This document shows, in pieces, positions 18,200-26,013 of a stretch of 57,526 nucleotides of DNA. The stretch lies in IMG/VR virus record IMGVR_UViG_3300017646_000068, positions 1 to 57,526 of that record; one strand, written 5' to 3'. This stretch comes from a virus (Duplodnaviria > Caudoviricetes). Position 1 is the first letter of the stretch, and each line of letters opens with the position of its first letter. The notes under the pieces were generated by a model. It saw nothing but the letters and a program-made list of their open reading frames with translations. It ran no database searches and was not told the DNA's origin. Made by a program: the position numbers and the translations under genes.

Positions 18200-18309
18200 T
18201 TTTAACACACAGCTCGAAGAAACCCGAAAGAAGCAAGGCTCAATGGTGGTTAATTCAATCACTAAATAATTAGTTAAAAGGCGTAATGCTCAATTCAGAA
18301 AATAATAAA

Positions 18310-18480
18310 TCATTTTGATTTAATTTTCTGATATTTGTTCAATAAAATATCTAACTCTTGACTGTACTTAATCGTATCAGGATGCGCAAGTCCTTTTGAT
18401 ATGCCAATAGTAATCATATGATCTCTCAAATAACAAATGGACGTTTCCAAATGTTTAAGAGATAAAGTTTTTGTATTCAT
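18310..18480 (-). CDS. Spo0E-family aspartyl-phosphate phosphatase (56 aa)
   Basis: LRDHMITIGISKGLAHPDTIKYSQELDILLNKYQK contains the SQELD signature; RBS AGGAG. Not in the ORF track. Confidence 0.9.
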   Translation of the reverse strand: MNTKTLSLKHLETSICYLRDHMITIGISKGLAHPDTIKYSQELDILLNKYQKIKSK

Positions 18481-18682
18481 GACTTAGCTCCTGTTAATTT
18501 GTAATTAAAAACCAAATAAAAAACAAGCATTTAACATTATAAACTAATTATTACAAAAATGTAATGAGACGATGAAATTTTTTTAGGAGGTTCAAGCCTA
18601 TAAAACCGGCTGTCAAACTAGCAAAATTCAATGTGGCCTTATATCCACTGAATTTTATTAATAAGAAGGAGGTTTAAAACAA

Positions 18683-19243
18683 ATGATTGGTGAAGTTCGT
18701 GAATGGAAAGAAATCAAAGGATATGAAGGCTTGTATGAAGTTTCAAACTATGGCCAGGTCAGAAGTTTAGACAAGGTTGATTGTTTAGGTCGTGAGCGTA
18801 AAGGGCGAGTTTTGAAACAACAGAAAAACAAAAGGGGTTATTTAAATATCGGCTTAACAAAGAACAAAACTCGAAAACTGTGTTATGTTCATAGGCTCGT
18901 TGCTCAAGCATTTGTTCTGAATCCTGAAAATAAAGCTGAAGTGAACCACATTGACGGTGACAAGGAGAATAATTTAGCAGAAAATCTCGAATGGGTAACA
19001 TCTTCAGAAAACAATCAACACGCTTATAATACAGGGTTGAATCAAGCATTAAACCGAGCAAAAGGAGAGAAACACGGGGAGTCAAAACTAACCGAAAAAC
19101 AGGTTGTTGAAATCTATGTTAGAGTCCACAATGGCGAATCTGGACGAAAATTGGCAAGTGAGTTCAACGTTACGCATTATACTATTTCAGACATAAAACG
19201 CGGCAAACGTTGGAGTTGGCTTACAAATATGATAGCAATTTAG
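18683..19243 (+). CDS. NUMOD4/HNH homing endonuclease
   Basis: WKEIKGYEGLYEVSNYGQVRS, VHRLVAQAF and VNHIDGDKENN...NLEWVT..EN..H. Confidence 0.93.
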   Translation: MIGEVREWKEIKGYEGLYEVSNYGQVRSLDKVDCLGRERKGRVLKQQKNKRGYLNIGLTKNKTRKLCYVHRLVAQAFVLNPENKAEVNHIDGDKENNLAENLEWVTSSENNQHAYNTGLNQALNRAKGEKHGESKLTEKQVVEIYVRVHNGESGRKLASEFNVTHYTISDIKRGKRWSWLTNMIAI

Positions 19244-19254
19244 GAGGGGATTTA

Positions 19255-19428
19255 ATGAGTTCACACGGAGAGGTTAAGACATGGTTTATGACACCTGAAG
19301 AATTAAGGGAATATGTAGAGAAGAATCCTATTAGACCGACGAAACGAGCTAACAAGAATACGAGAATGGATTATAAATGGAGACCCGAAAAAGCTGTTGC
19401 TGCAAGAAAGAAGAAGGGGCTTATATAA
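19255..19428 (+). CDS. Small hypothetical protein
   Basis: ATG after AGGAGGGG; VKTWFMTPEELREY. Confidence 0.65.
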   Translation: MSSHGEVKTWFMTPEELREYVEKNPIRPTKRANKNTRMDYKWRPEKAVAARKKKGLI

Positions 19429-19519
19429 ATAAAAATTCCCCGTCTGCCAACGGGGAACGACTAGAGATTTCTCTCTTTATTCACATACTTAATTTTACCA
19501 CACAAGGAGGAATCTTTTC

Positions 19520-19720
19520 ATGAGATTACAAAATATTGATATAGATCCTAGTACGATGAATCTTGAGGTTAACATAATGGAAATACCCAGTACCTGTGTA
19601 ATTGTTATTTGTGATGGGAAAGCAAAACTAAGAGAACTCCCTTCACATGGAGAGTACAAAATTATTACGCATCAAGGAAAAGTAAAAAGAATGAGGAAAG
19701 AAGAGGGGGAAGAATTTTAA
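19520..19720 (+). CDS. XtrA/YqaO-like protein
   Basis: DGKAKLRELPSHGEYKIITHQGKVKR; RBS AAGGAGG. Confidence 0.75.
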   Translation: MRLQNIDIDPSTMNLEVNIMEIPSTCVIVICDGKAKLRELPSHGEYKIITHQGKVKRMRKEEGEEF

Positions 19721-19797
19721 AATAAAAACACAAATGGTTTACTTTTTTAAGAATTATGTAGTATTGTTATATTAAATAATTCTGGAAAAGTGAGGCG

Positions 19798-20568
19798 TTG
19801 CTCATGAAAATTAGTTTAGGTATTAATCAAGAAGTAATTGGAGAACTGGTTAAAGCTTTTAGTGATTCTACAACACAAACATTAAATGAAGTAATACAAG
19901 AACAAGGTTGGGAAACTGGTAATTTTAAAAACGGTGCGAACTGGGATACTCGATTTAAACGTTTGAAAAAAGTAGCGCTACAAAATAATTTGGTGGTTCT
20001 TACTAGAAAAAGAGGGATTTGGACTTTTATTGTTTTATTAAATATACAAACAGGTGTCATGTATGTTTTTTCAAAGGAAAAAAATATTGAAATTGTAAAA
20101 AGAAATTTTGGAAAGAAGAAAATCCACTATTTTCATGCATTTCTTTCATTGAACTCGGGGCCTGTAGAACTAGATAATCAACAACTGGAGTTTTTTCCAA
20201 AGGTAACTGATGACTATGATGCAAGAAGAATCTTCGAAGTTCAAAAAATATTAGGAGAGGAATATCCTTTGGTCAAACAAGTTGTTTTTGTTGTTGCTAA
20301 AGAAGAGGGAAGAAAAATAATTGGAGTAGAAGCTCAATTATATAATCGGTATTTTGGATTGTTAGATTCCGAGGACTGGACTTCTAGTATGTCAGTGGAT
20401 CAATACGATGATTTATTAGAACCGGCTGAACAAACGTTTGACGAAGATGATATTTCTGATATTATTCCTAAAGTGAAGCAAACTGTCAAAGACCGCAAAA
20501 ATCATTTCGATAAAAAAATTGCGCAAAAGAAAAAAGAGACGGAACAAAGTAAAGAGGAAGAAAGTTAA
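19798..20568 (+). CDS. DUF5986-like protein, putative toxin of a RosmerTA-like pair
   Basis: 256 aa with RGIWTFI...Y...K...HY; immediately upstream of an HTH-ImmA fusion. Confidence 0.55.
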   Translation: MLMKISLGINQEVIGELVKAFSDSTTQTLNEVIQEQGWETGNFKNGANWDTRFKRLKKVALQNNLVVLTRKRGIWTFIVLLNIQTGVMYVFSKEKNIEIVKRNFGKKKIHYFHAFLSLNSGPVELDNQQLEFFPKVTDDYDARRIFEVQKILGEEYPLVKQVVFVVAKEEGRKIIGVEAQLYNRYFGLLDSEDWTSSMSVDQYDDLLEPAEQTFDEDDISDIIPKVKQTVKDRKNHFDKKIAQKKKETEQSKEEES

Positions 20569-20595
20569 TGAACAGTCCTCAGTCTGTAGGGAGGA

Positions 20596-21789
20596 ATGAG
20601 TGTGTTAGAACGTCAGTTTAACGGTGCGAGGTTAAGAGAAGGAAGAATATATCGAGGCTATACAATAACGGATCTTGCAAATGAATTAGGTGTTAGTAAG
20701 CAAATGATTTCAAAGTATGAAAATAATAAAGCTAATCCTACATTTGAAGCATTATTAGCGATAACCCATATATTAAAATTTCCAAAAGAGTATTTCTATG
20801 AAAAATCCGTTGAAGTAAAAACTGGCAATACGTATTTTCGGTCATTATTATCTACAGGAAAAAAGGAAAGGGAAATGCAGTATGATCGCGTAAAATACTT
20901 AACGATTATACGGTCATTGTTAGAAGAGTATGTAGACTTTCCAGAATTAGATGTACCAGATTTTTCAGAAGATGATATAGAAAATATTGAACAGGCAGCT
21001 AATCAGTTAAGGCAAGTATGGGGGCTTAGTGATGCGCCTATCAAAAATATTGTATACTTACTTGAAACAAAAGGATTTGTGATGAATTCAATTAAATTAG
21101 ATAAGAAAACAATTGATGCTTTTGGAGCTCATCATGAAACTAACGGGAAAAATTATTATTCCATCGTTCTAGGGAACGAAAAAAGGTCATATTACAGACG
21201 TCAATTTGATGCGGCTCATGAATTGGGTCATAAAGTGTTACATGATCCCTATTTGAACCTTGATGATTTGAGTAAAGAAGAGTTTAAACAAATGGAGCAA
21301 GAAGCAAATGACTTTGCAGCAGCATTTCTGTTACCAAGAGAAAGTTTCTTGAGAGACGTGTCTATTCATCCCAATGATTTAATGTATTACAAACTTCTTA
21401 AAAAGAAATGGTGTGTTTCTATCGGAGCAATGGTAATGCGTGCTTATAAATTAGGTGCTATATCAGATGGAACATATCAATATATGCAGCGATCAATTAG
21501 TCAAAAAGGATGGAGAAAAAAAGAGCCTTTAGATGACATAAAAGAAGTTAAAGATCCTGTTGCAATGAAACAAGCTGTAGAACTTCTAATAGAAAATGAT
21601 TATATAACAGGTGATGAGTTTATGCAGAAACTTTCCAAGCATTACGGTCTCAGTTTGTTTAGAGAAGAAGTGGAAGAGTTGCTTGGATTAGACCCAGGAT
21701 ATTTAAAGTCAGAAGAGATTGTTCATTCTAATAATATTGTCAGTCTAAAAGACAAAATTGAATCAAAATCGCAAGGGAAATTAAGTTAA
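20596..21789 (+). CDS. Xre-HTH plus ImmA/IrrE Zn-peptidase fusion (putative antitoxin)
   Basis: FNGARLREGR..HTH, RRQFDAAHELGH and EQEANDFAAAFLLP. Confidence 0.9.
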   Translation: MSVLERQFNGARLREGRIYRGYTITDLANELGVSKQMISKYENNKANPTFEALLAITHILKFPKEYFYEKSVEVKTGNTYFRSLLSTGKKEREMQYDRVKYLTIIRSLLEEYVDFPELDVPDFSEDDIENIEQAANQLRQVWGLSDAPIKNIVYLLETKGFVMNSIKLDKKTIDAFGAHHETNGKNYYSIVLGNEKRSYYRRQFDAAHELGHKVLHDPYLNLDDLSKEEFKQMEQEANDFAAAFLLPRESFLRDVSIHPNDLMYYKLLKKKWCVSIGAMVMRAYKLGAISDGTYQYMQRSISQKGWRKKEPLDDIKEVKDPVAMKQAVELLIENDYITGDEFMQKLSKHYGLSLFREEVEELLGLDPGYLKSEEIVHSNNIVSLKDKIESKSQGKLS

Positions 21790-21834
21790 TATTTTTAATG
21801 GGTGTAATAAAGTCTTGTTCTACCAGCCATCTGG

Positions 21835-21880
21835 AGAACACTGAATGACGCATTAAGCGTTGTTTGGTGTTCTTTTTTAT
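21835..21880 (+). terminator. Long intrinsic terminator-like hairpin
   Basis: 17-bp stem with four G-U pairs, AGAACACTGAATGACGC/GCGTTGTTTGGTGTTCT, followed by a T tract. Confidence 0.75.
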
Positions 21881-21900
21881 TTGCCAAAAGGAGTGAGAAT

Positions 21901-22098
21901 ATGAATCCACCTTTTAAGAACCAATTGAAAGACTGGAAACAACATCAAGAATCTACTCCTAAGAAGAAAAAGAAGCGTCATCAGAAGACGCAGAAAAGAA
22001 AATCGGAGCAATTAAGCGATTGGGAATGGAAAGAACTTATGGGGCAATTCGACCAAAGATTGAGCCGACATAATGGCGCATTAAGAAGAGGGAGGTAG
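21901..22098 (+). CDS. Small basic phage protein
   Basis: QLKDWK...EQLSDWEWKELMG...RHNGALR; RBS AAGGAG. Confidence 0.7.
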   Translation: MNPPFKNQLKDWKQHQESTPKKKKKRHQKTQKRKSEQLSDWEWKELMGQFDQRLSRHNGALRRGR

Positions 22099-22104
22099 GG
22101 AGAG

Positions 22105-22488
22105 ATGGGGGCAAAACAACTCAGTTTATTTGAAGATGTAAACGAGAAAGAAGTCCGACGTACTGTAGCGCGTGAACTTAAACAATATAAAGCTTTGAAG
22201 GTAGCGCAACAAAACCGAGACGAACGACTGCAAGAGGGAGTGAATTCTTTGTTTCCTTCCCTCAATCAAAACGAAAAAGAAAAGGAGTTAAAGGTAAGAC
22301 AAATTGACAGAGCCTTAGAATATGCTCTTGATGAAGTGGAGCGTCAAATTATTAGGGAGAAGTATCTTTCTCCCAAACGTGTGAAAGATATCAATTTATA
22401 TCTAGATATGGGGATGACGAAAGATCAATATTACACACGAAAGAAAGAAGCTATATTCCTCATTGCTGCAGCTCTCGAAATTATTTGA
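22105..22488 (+). CDS. ArpU/RinA-type late transcriptional activator
   Basis: QIDRALEYALDEVERQIIREKYL...YYTRKKEAIFLIAAAL; located at the early/late boundary. Confidence 0.88.
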   Translation: MGAKQLSLFEDVNEKEVRRTVARELKQYKALKVAQQNRDERLQEGVNSLFPSLNQNEKEKELKVRQIDRALEYALDEVERQIIREKYLSPKRVKDINLYLDMGMTKDQYYTRKKEAIFLIAAALEII

Positions 22489-22504
22489 GGGCTGCTTTAT
22501 TTTG

Positions 22505-22585
22505 CCGACAAAAACCCGACAAAAAGTAGGACATTTTTAGGGATAAAAGAGGGGAATTTTTATTTTCCCATTGAAGGTAAGATTT
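22505..22585 (+). promoter_or_regulatory. Putative late promoter with activator-binding direct repeats
   Basis: CCGACAAAAA at 22505 and 22516, degenerate GGACA/GGATA copies after them, then a TAAGAT -10-like box. Confidence 0.6.
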
Positions 22586-22830
22586 TCTTATCAGGTGTTT
22601 ACCTGATGGGAGATGCATCGTTCCCTTATCAATGGTGTACTCGAGTGTATCGAATGACTGAGAAGGTTGCCGGCTGAAATTACGGGGGGACAACTGGAGT
22701 CTAGCTGTATTGCGTGCGATAGCTACGGGGATGCAAAGTGTGAGATTCCTTTGTAAAGACTGACTGTCGATTTGTACAGCGACCGTTACTGCAATCCTGG
22801 CCTCCTCCTGGGTGATTGATATAGGACGGG
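22586..22830 (+). ncRNA. Candidate multi-stem late-leader RNA
   Basis: GC-richer, no credible ORF, at least six hairpins and a long-range helix 22627-33/22815-21. G-U pairs favour the + strand. Confidence 0.55.
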
Positions 22831-23138
22831 ATAGTTGAATTTATTAAGCGATTAGCATAATGGGGGAGATATTTGATTATACGTCACTCTTAGATGATGA
22901 CTTTTTATAAATTTATTTATTTAAGTATGAATATAAAGAAATAGTACTTGAATGCAGCTTACATAAGGAATTAGTTTCTATTTAATAACTGTGAATAAAT
23001 CGATGGGAATATAATTTAGGGGGATAGTTGAAAAAAAGGAGGCAAAAAGACAAAAAGATATAATTTTACTTGTGGATTTAGAGCCTGGTAAGTTTCCTTA
23101 CCAGAGAATCATTAATTTTTTCTACTGATTATAAATTC

Positions 23139-23201
23139 TTAACGGAAAATAAGAATTAAAAGAATCAGCAAAAGGACGGTAATGATTTTGTCTAAATCCA
23201 T
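23139..23201 (-). CDS. 20-aa hydrophobic peptide, type I toxin-like
   Basis: MDLDKIITVLLLILLILIFR with SD AAGGAGG and TATAAT at 23247-52. The 3' UTR is complementary to the SD and start codon. Confidence 0.7.
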   Translation of the reverse strand: MDLDKIITVLLLILLILIFR

Positions 23202-23425
23202 TGCTTTTGCCTCCTTATTCAATTTAACGTAAGTATTTTTCACTATATTATAGAAAATATACTACCCGGATTAAAAATTTGCTTTAAATTTCGGATAGGG
23301 CGGGAGAGTAGAATACACTTTCCGGTTATGAATAGAATTTTGTCTGTATTTCACCTTTCGGTGGCGTTTTTATAGGGATAGTTATTATTTTGAATATGAA
23401 TAATAAAGTAAAGAGGTGGTTGTTC

Positions 23426-23581
23426 ATGAAAAAAACGACAAAAGAAATTACGGATGAATTATTGAGACGAGAAGGGATTTCTCACTTAAATATTGAACCA
23501 TACGAGAAAGTGACGATAACTACCGGCCAAGGAGAACGGGAATTCACTGGACCGGTAATGATCATCATTAATCAAGATTAA
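23426..23581 (+). CDS. Small phage protein
   Basis: TKEITDELLRREGI...IEPYE...GPVMIIINQD; RBS GAGGTG. Confidence 0.7.
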   Translation: MKKTTKEITDELLRREGISHLNIEPYEKVTITTGQGEREFTGPVMIIINQD

Positions 23582-23784
23582 ACTTGTCTATACTGGTAAG
23601 CGTTTTTTATAAAAGCTGCATGATAACTTCCTTTTGAACCAGCATTCATCAAGCCTTGATAAACATGTAAGGGTACATTGAAATAGTCATATGTACCAGA
23701 ATGAAATCTGATACGTAATGTCTGCGTTGTGCTATCGTATCCAACAGCTTCTAAATTTGATGAACTCACGTATGTCATTTGCAT
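23578..23784 (-). CDS. KTSC domain protein
   Basis: VSSSNLEAVGYD...F.SG.YDYFNVP..VYQGLMNAGSKGSY....IK..Y. Confidence 0.9.
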   Translation of the reverse strand: MQMTYVSSSNLEAVGYDSTTQTLRIRFHSGTYDYFNVPLHVYQGLMNAGSKGSYHAAFIKNAYQYRQV

Positions 23785-23912
23785 AATCTTCACCTCCTCC
23801 TATATATCATGTATATTCAACAAAATATGCCATAATCCCTTTGTTTTTATAGGTACAAAGGAGGGGTAGGTGTTTTTTTGTCGAATTATAAAGGTGGAAG
23901 GAGCTATACAAC

Positions 23913-24377
23913 ATGATTAGAAAATGCTTAATAAGTTTAATGGTATTTATGCTTATCCCTATACCAGTATTGGCAAGTGGACAATCGGGTCAATTTTATC
24001 CACCTTCACATTCTGACTATTATAAGAAAAAGTTTTCATGGGAAATTTACGTATCTTATGGAGTTAAAAAGATTATATTCACTCAATATGACATGAAAAA
24101 GAGGAACAAGGGCTTTATCTATTATGACAATCCGCCACAAAACTCTTTCTTCTGGGCAGACTTTACCTGTAAAGGGAATATGAGTGTAGAGTTTTTTGAT
24201 AAAAAGGGGAAAGTAGTGGATTCGTTTGTTAGAGGTCCTGGTACAGCGTATTTAGATAATAGTGCATGCAATTATAATTCTTTTGCTAAACCTTCGGATT
24301 ATAACGAGGAACAAAGAAAATATAAAAGCGATAAATTTAAGAAAGATAATAGAAAAAAGAAAAGCTATAAATTTTAA
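23913..24377 (+). CDS. Secreted protein (moron)
   Basis: Signal peptide MIRKCLISLMVFMLIPIPVLA; own promoter and terminator. Confidence 0.75.
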   Translation: MIRKCLISLMVFMLIPIPVLASGQSGQFYPPSHSDYYKKKFSWEIYVSYGVKKIIFTQYDMKKRNKGFIYYDNPPQNSFFWADFTCKGNMSVEFFDKKGKVVDSFVRGPGTAYLDNSACNYNSFAKPSDYNEEQRKYKSDKFKKDNRKKKSYKF

Positions 24378-24428
24378 AAAACAAGAGTCGAGCATCCTTT
24401 TGGGTGCTTTTTTATTGGGATAAAAGCC

Positions 24429-24596
24429 ATGAAGAAATGTGAATCGTGTATATGGGTGAATAAGGTGAACGGATATGTGTGGGTATGCAAGTTTCAGAGA
24501 TGTGTGAAGGTGCAAGGATTTAAGGTGGATAACGAATTAAAGAATACACCATACACCTCGTCAAAATATGTAACAAGTGTATATAGTTTTGAATAG
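24429..24596 (+). CDS. Small Cys-containing protein
   Basis: MKKCESCIW...VCKFQRCVK; weak RBS. Confidence 0.4.
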   Translation: MKKCESCIWVNKVNGYVWVCKFQRCVKVQGFKVDNELKNTPYTSSKYVTSVYSFE

Positions 24597-24682
24597 AGTG
24601 ATGTGTCGTGAATAATTTGAGCTATTCGCAGGAAGTCATCTCCTTTTGTTGAATTAAGCAGATGAAAGTGTGGTGATATAAA

Positions 24683-24877
24683 ATGGATACGGAAAAATTA
24701 GAACTTATCCAGAGTAGGGCTATCGAAATAGCTAACGAACAAATAGAAAAATATGTACGAGGTTTAGGTGATGATAAAATAGAAAAACTAGCCGAAACTA
24801 TTATTATTATTAATGCAGCAGTAACAGCTCGACTTCTCGTTGAATACGACAACAATAAAGAAGCGGGTAATATTTAA
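24683..24877 (+). CDS. Hypothetical protein (moron)
   Basis: 64 aa; SigH-like promoter at 24628-24655. Confidence 0.65.
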   Translation: MDTEKLELIQSRAIEIANEQIEKYVRGLGDDKIEKLAETIIIINAAVTARLLVEYDNNKEAGNI

Positions 24878-24914
24878 AAAGGGTCTTTTCGAGGATGCTT
24901 TTGTTATTTAGCAT

Positions 24915-24965
24915 GGTATACAAATAAATTTATAAAATGAAGGTATACAAATAAATTTATAAAAT
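24915..24965 (+). repeat. 24-bp tandem duplication
   Basis: GGTATACAAATAAATTTATAAAAT at 24915 and 24942. Confidence 0.9.
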
Positions 24966-25034
24966 ATAATGTTAATGTGAAAGAAAAAAACGCTCTGATC
25001 AAGAGAGCGTCATAAATACGGTCTATTGCTAGTT

Positions 25035-25112
25035 TTATATTATGGTGGCAAGAATGGCGAGGATAACGACCAGGACAGGGTCGTTAATTGTAATTGAAAG
25101 GTTAATTTGCAA
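25035..25112 (-). CDS. 25-aa hydrophobic peptide, type I toxin-like
   Basis: TTG start after GGGAGG; MQINLSITINDPVLVVILAILATII. Terminator hairpin at 24990-25010 followed by a U tract on the minus strand. Confidence 0.5.
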   Translation of the reverse strand: MQINLSITINDPVLVVILAILATII

Positions 25113-25258
25113 ATTCATTCCTCCCTTCTTTATTTAATTTCTATGTATAGGCACATCTATATATGCTTACTGGGGCATTCCTTTTTTATTAGGGGAGTGC
25201 TTATTTTATTTGCAGGAATTTATCCCTTTTTGTCGAAATGTAGAAGTGTGGAGGGGAT

Positions 25259-25942
25259 ATGGTGAGTTTTGAAACTAAATATCTTATCAGATGGGGAATT
25301 CCAGGCTGGGTTTTTATAATATTTACCTATGTAACTCATCTCTCGTATAAAGGAAATCCTTTTCTTGGTAATCAATTCACAGTGCCGCAATTATTAGGAA
25401 TATTAATTTCACTGGGTTTTGTTGGTATAGTCTTGGGATATTTAATGCATCAAATATATTTTTCAGTGAACTGGATATTTTCTAAAAGTTCCTCCAAAAA
25501 ATTAAAGAAAACGATGGACTTGATTAGCGATAAGGATGTATTGGGAATAGATCCTTATGAATTCGATCACCATAGAGCATATTTCACATTTGAGTTTTAT
25601 TGGCAAAAGCAACTGCTTTTAGCTCCGGAAGATAAAAGAACCTATATTGCTGAAAGATACAGCTATTTGTTAACTACAATCCATGGGTTAGGAGCACTTC
25701 TTGTTTCAATCATTTTATCTGTGGTGTCTGTGGGAGCGATAATAATAAATAACGAATTGAATTGGTTTTCCGGCACTTTGGTTTTTATTTTAGGTTATTT
25801 ATGTTTCTCTGTTTTTAAGGGGTTCAGCTACTATTCAGAAAATCTGATTTATTTTCAAGCAAATTTCATTAATTCGTTTACGAAGAATGAATTCAAGGAA
25901 AAAAGTTCAAGAGAGAGAATTGAAATCAAAGAAAACAAATGA
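25259..25942 (+). CDS. Four-TM membrane protein (moron)
   Basis: Two pairs of hydrophobic helices; SigH-like promoter at 25212-25239 and terminator at 25941. Confidence 0.8.
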   Translation: MVSFETKYLIRWGIPGWVFIIFTYVTHLSYKGNPFLGNQFTVPQLLGILISLGFVGIVLGYLMHQIYFSVNWIFSKSSSKKLKKTMDLISDKDVLGIDPYEFDHHRAYFTFEFYWQKQLLLAPEDKRTYIAERYSYLLTTIHGLGALLVSIILSVVSVGAIIINNELNWFSGTLVFILGYLCFSVFKGFSYYSENLIYFQANFINSFTKNEFKEKSSRERIEIKENK

Positions 25943-26013
25943 GCATTCTTCGGGATGCTTTTTTCTTTGCTCCAAAACAACTTAAATCAAAAGGAGGTGG
26001 CAGGTGATGAGGG

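Noticed and set aside
11913-19243. HNH genes as intron-encoded or as part of a novel system
   Set aside because: Both are free-standing between intact genes, with no split gene or group I intron core seen. They are common in phage replication regions.
22780-22835. HDV-like ribozyme suggested by GCCTCCTCCTGG
   Set aside because: I could not place P1.1 (GG after P1) or the catalytic C of J4/2 before P2.
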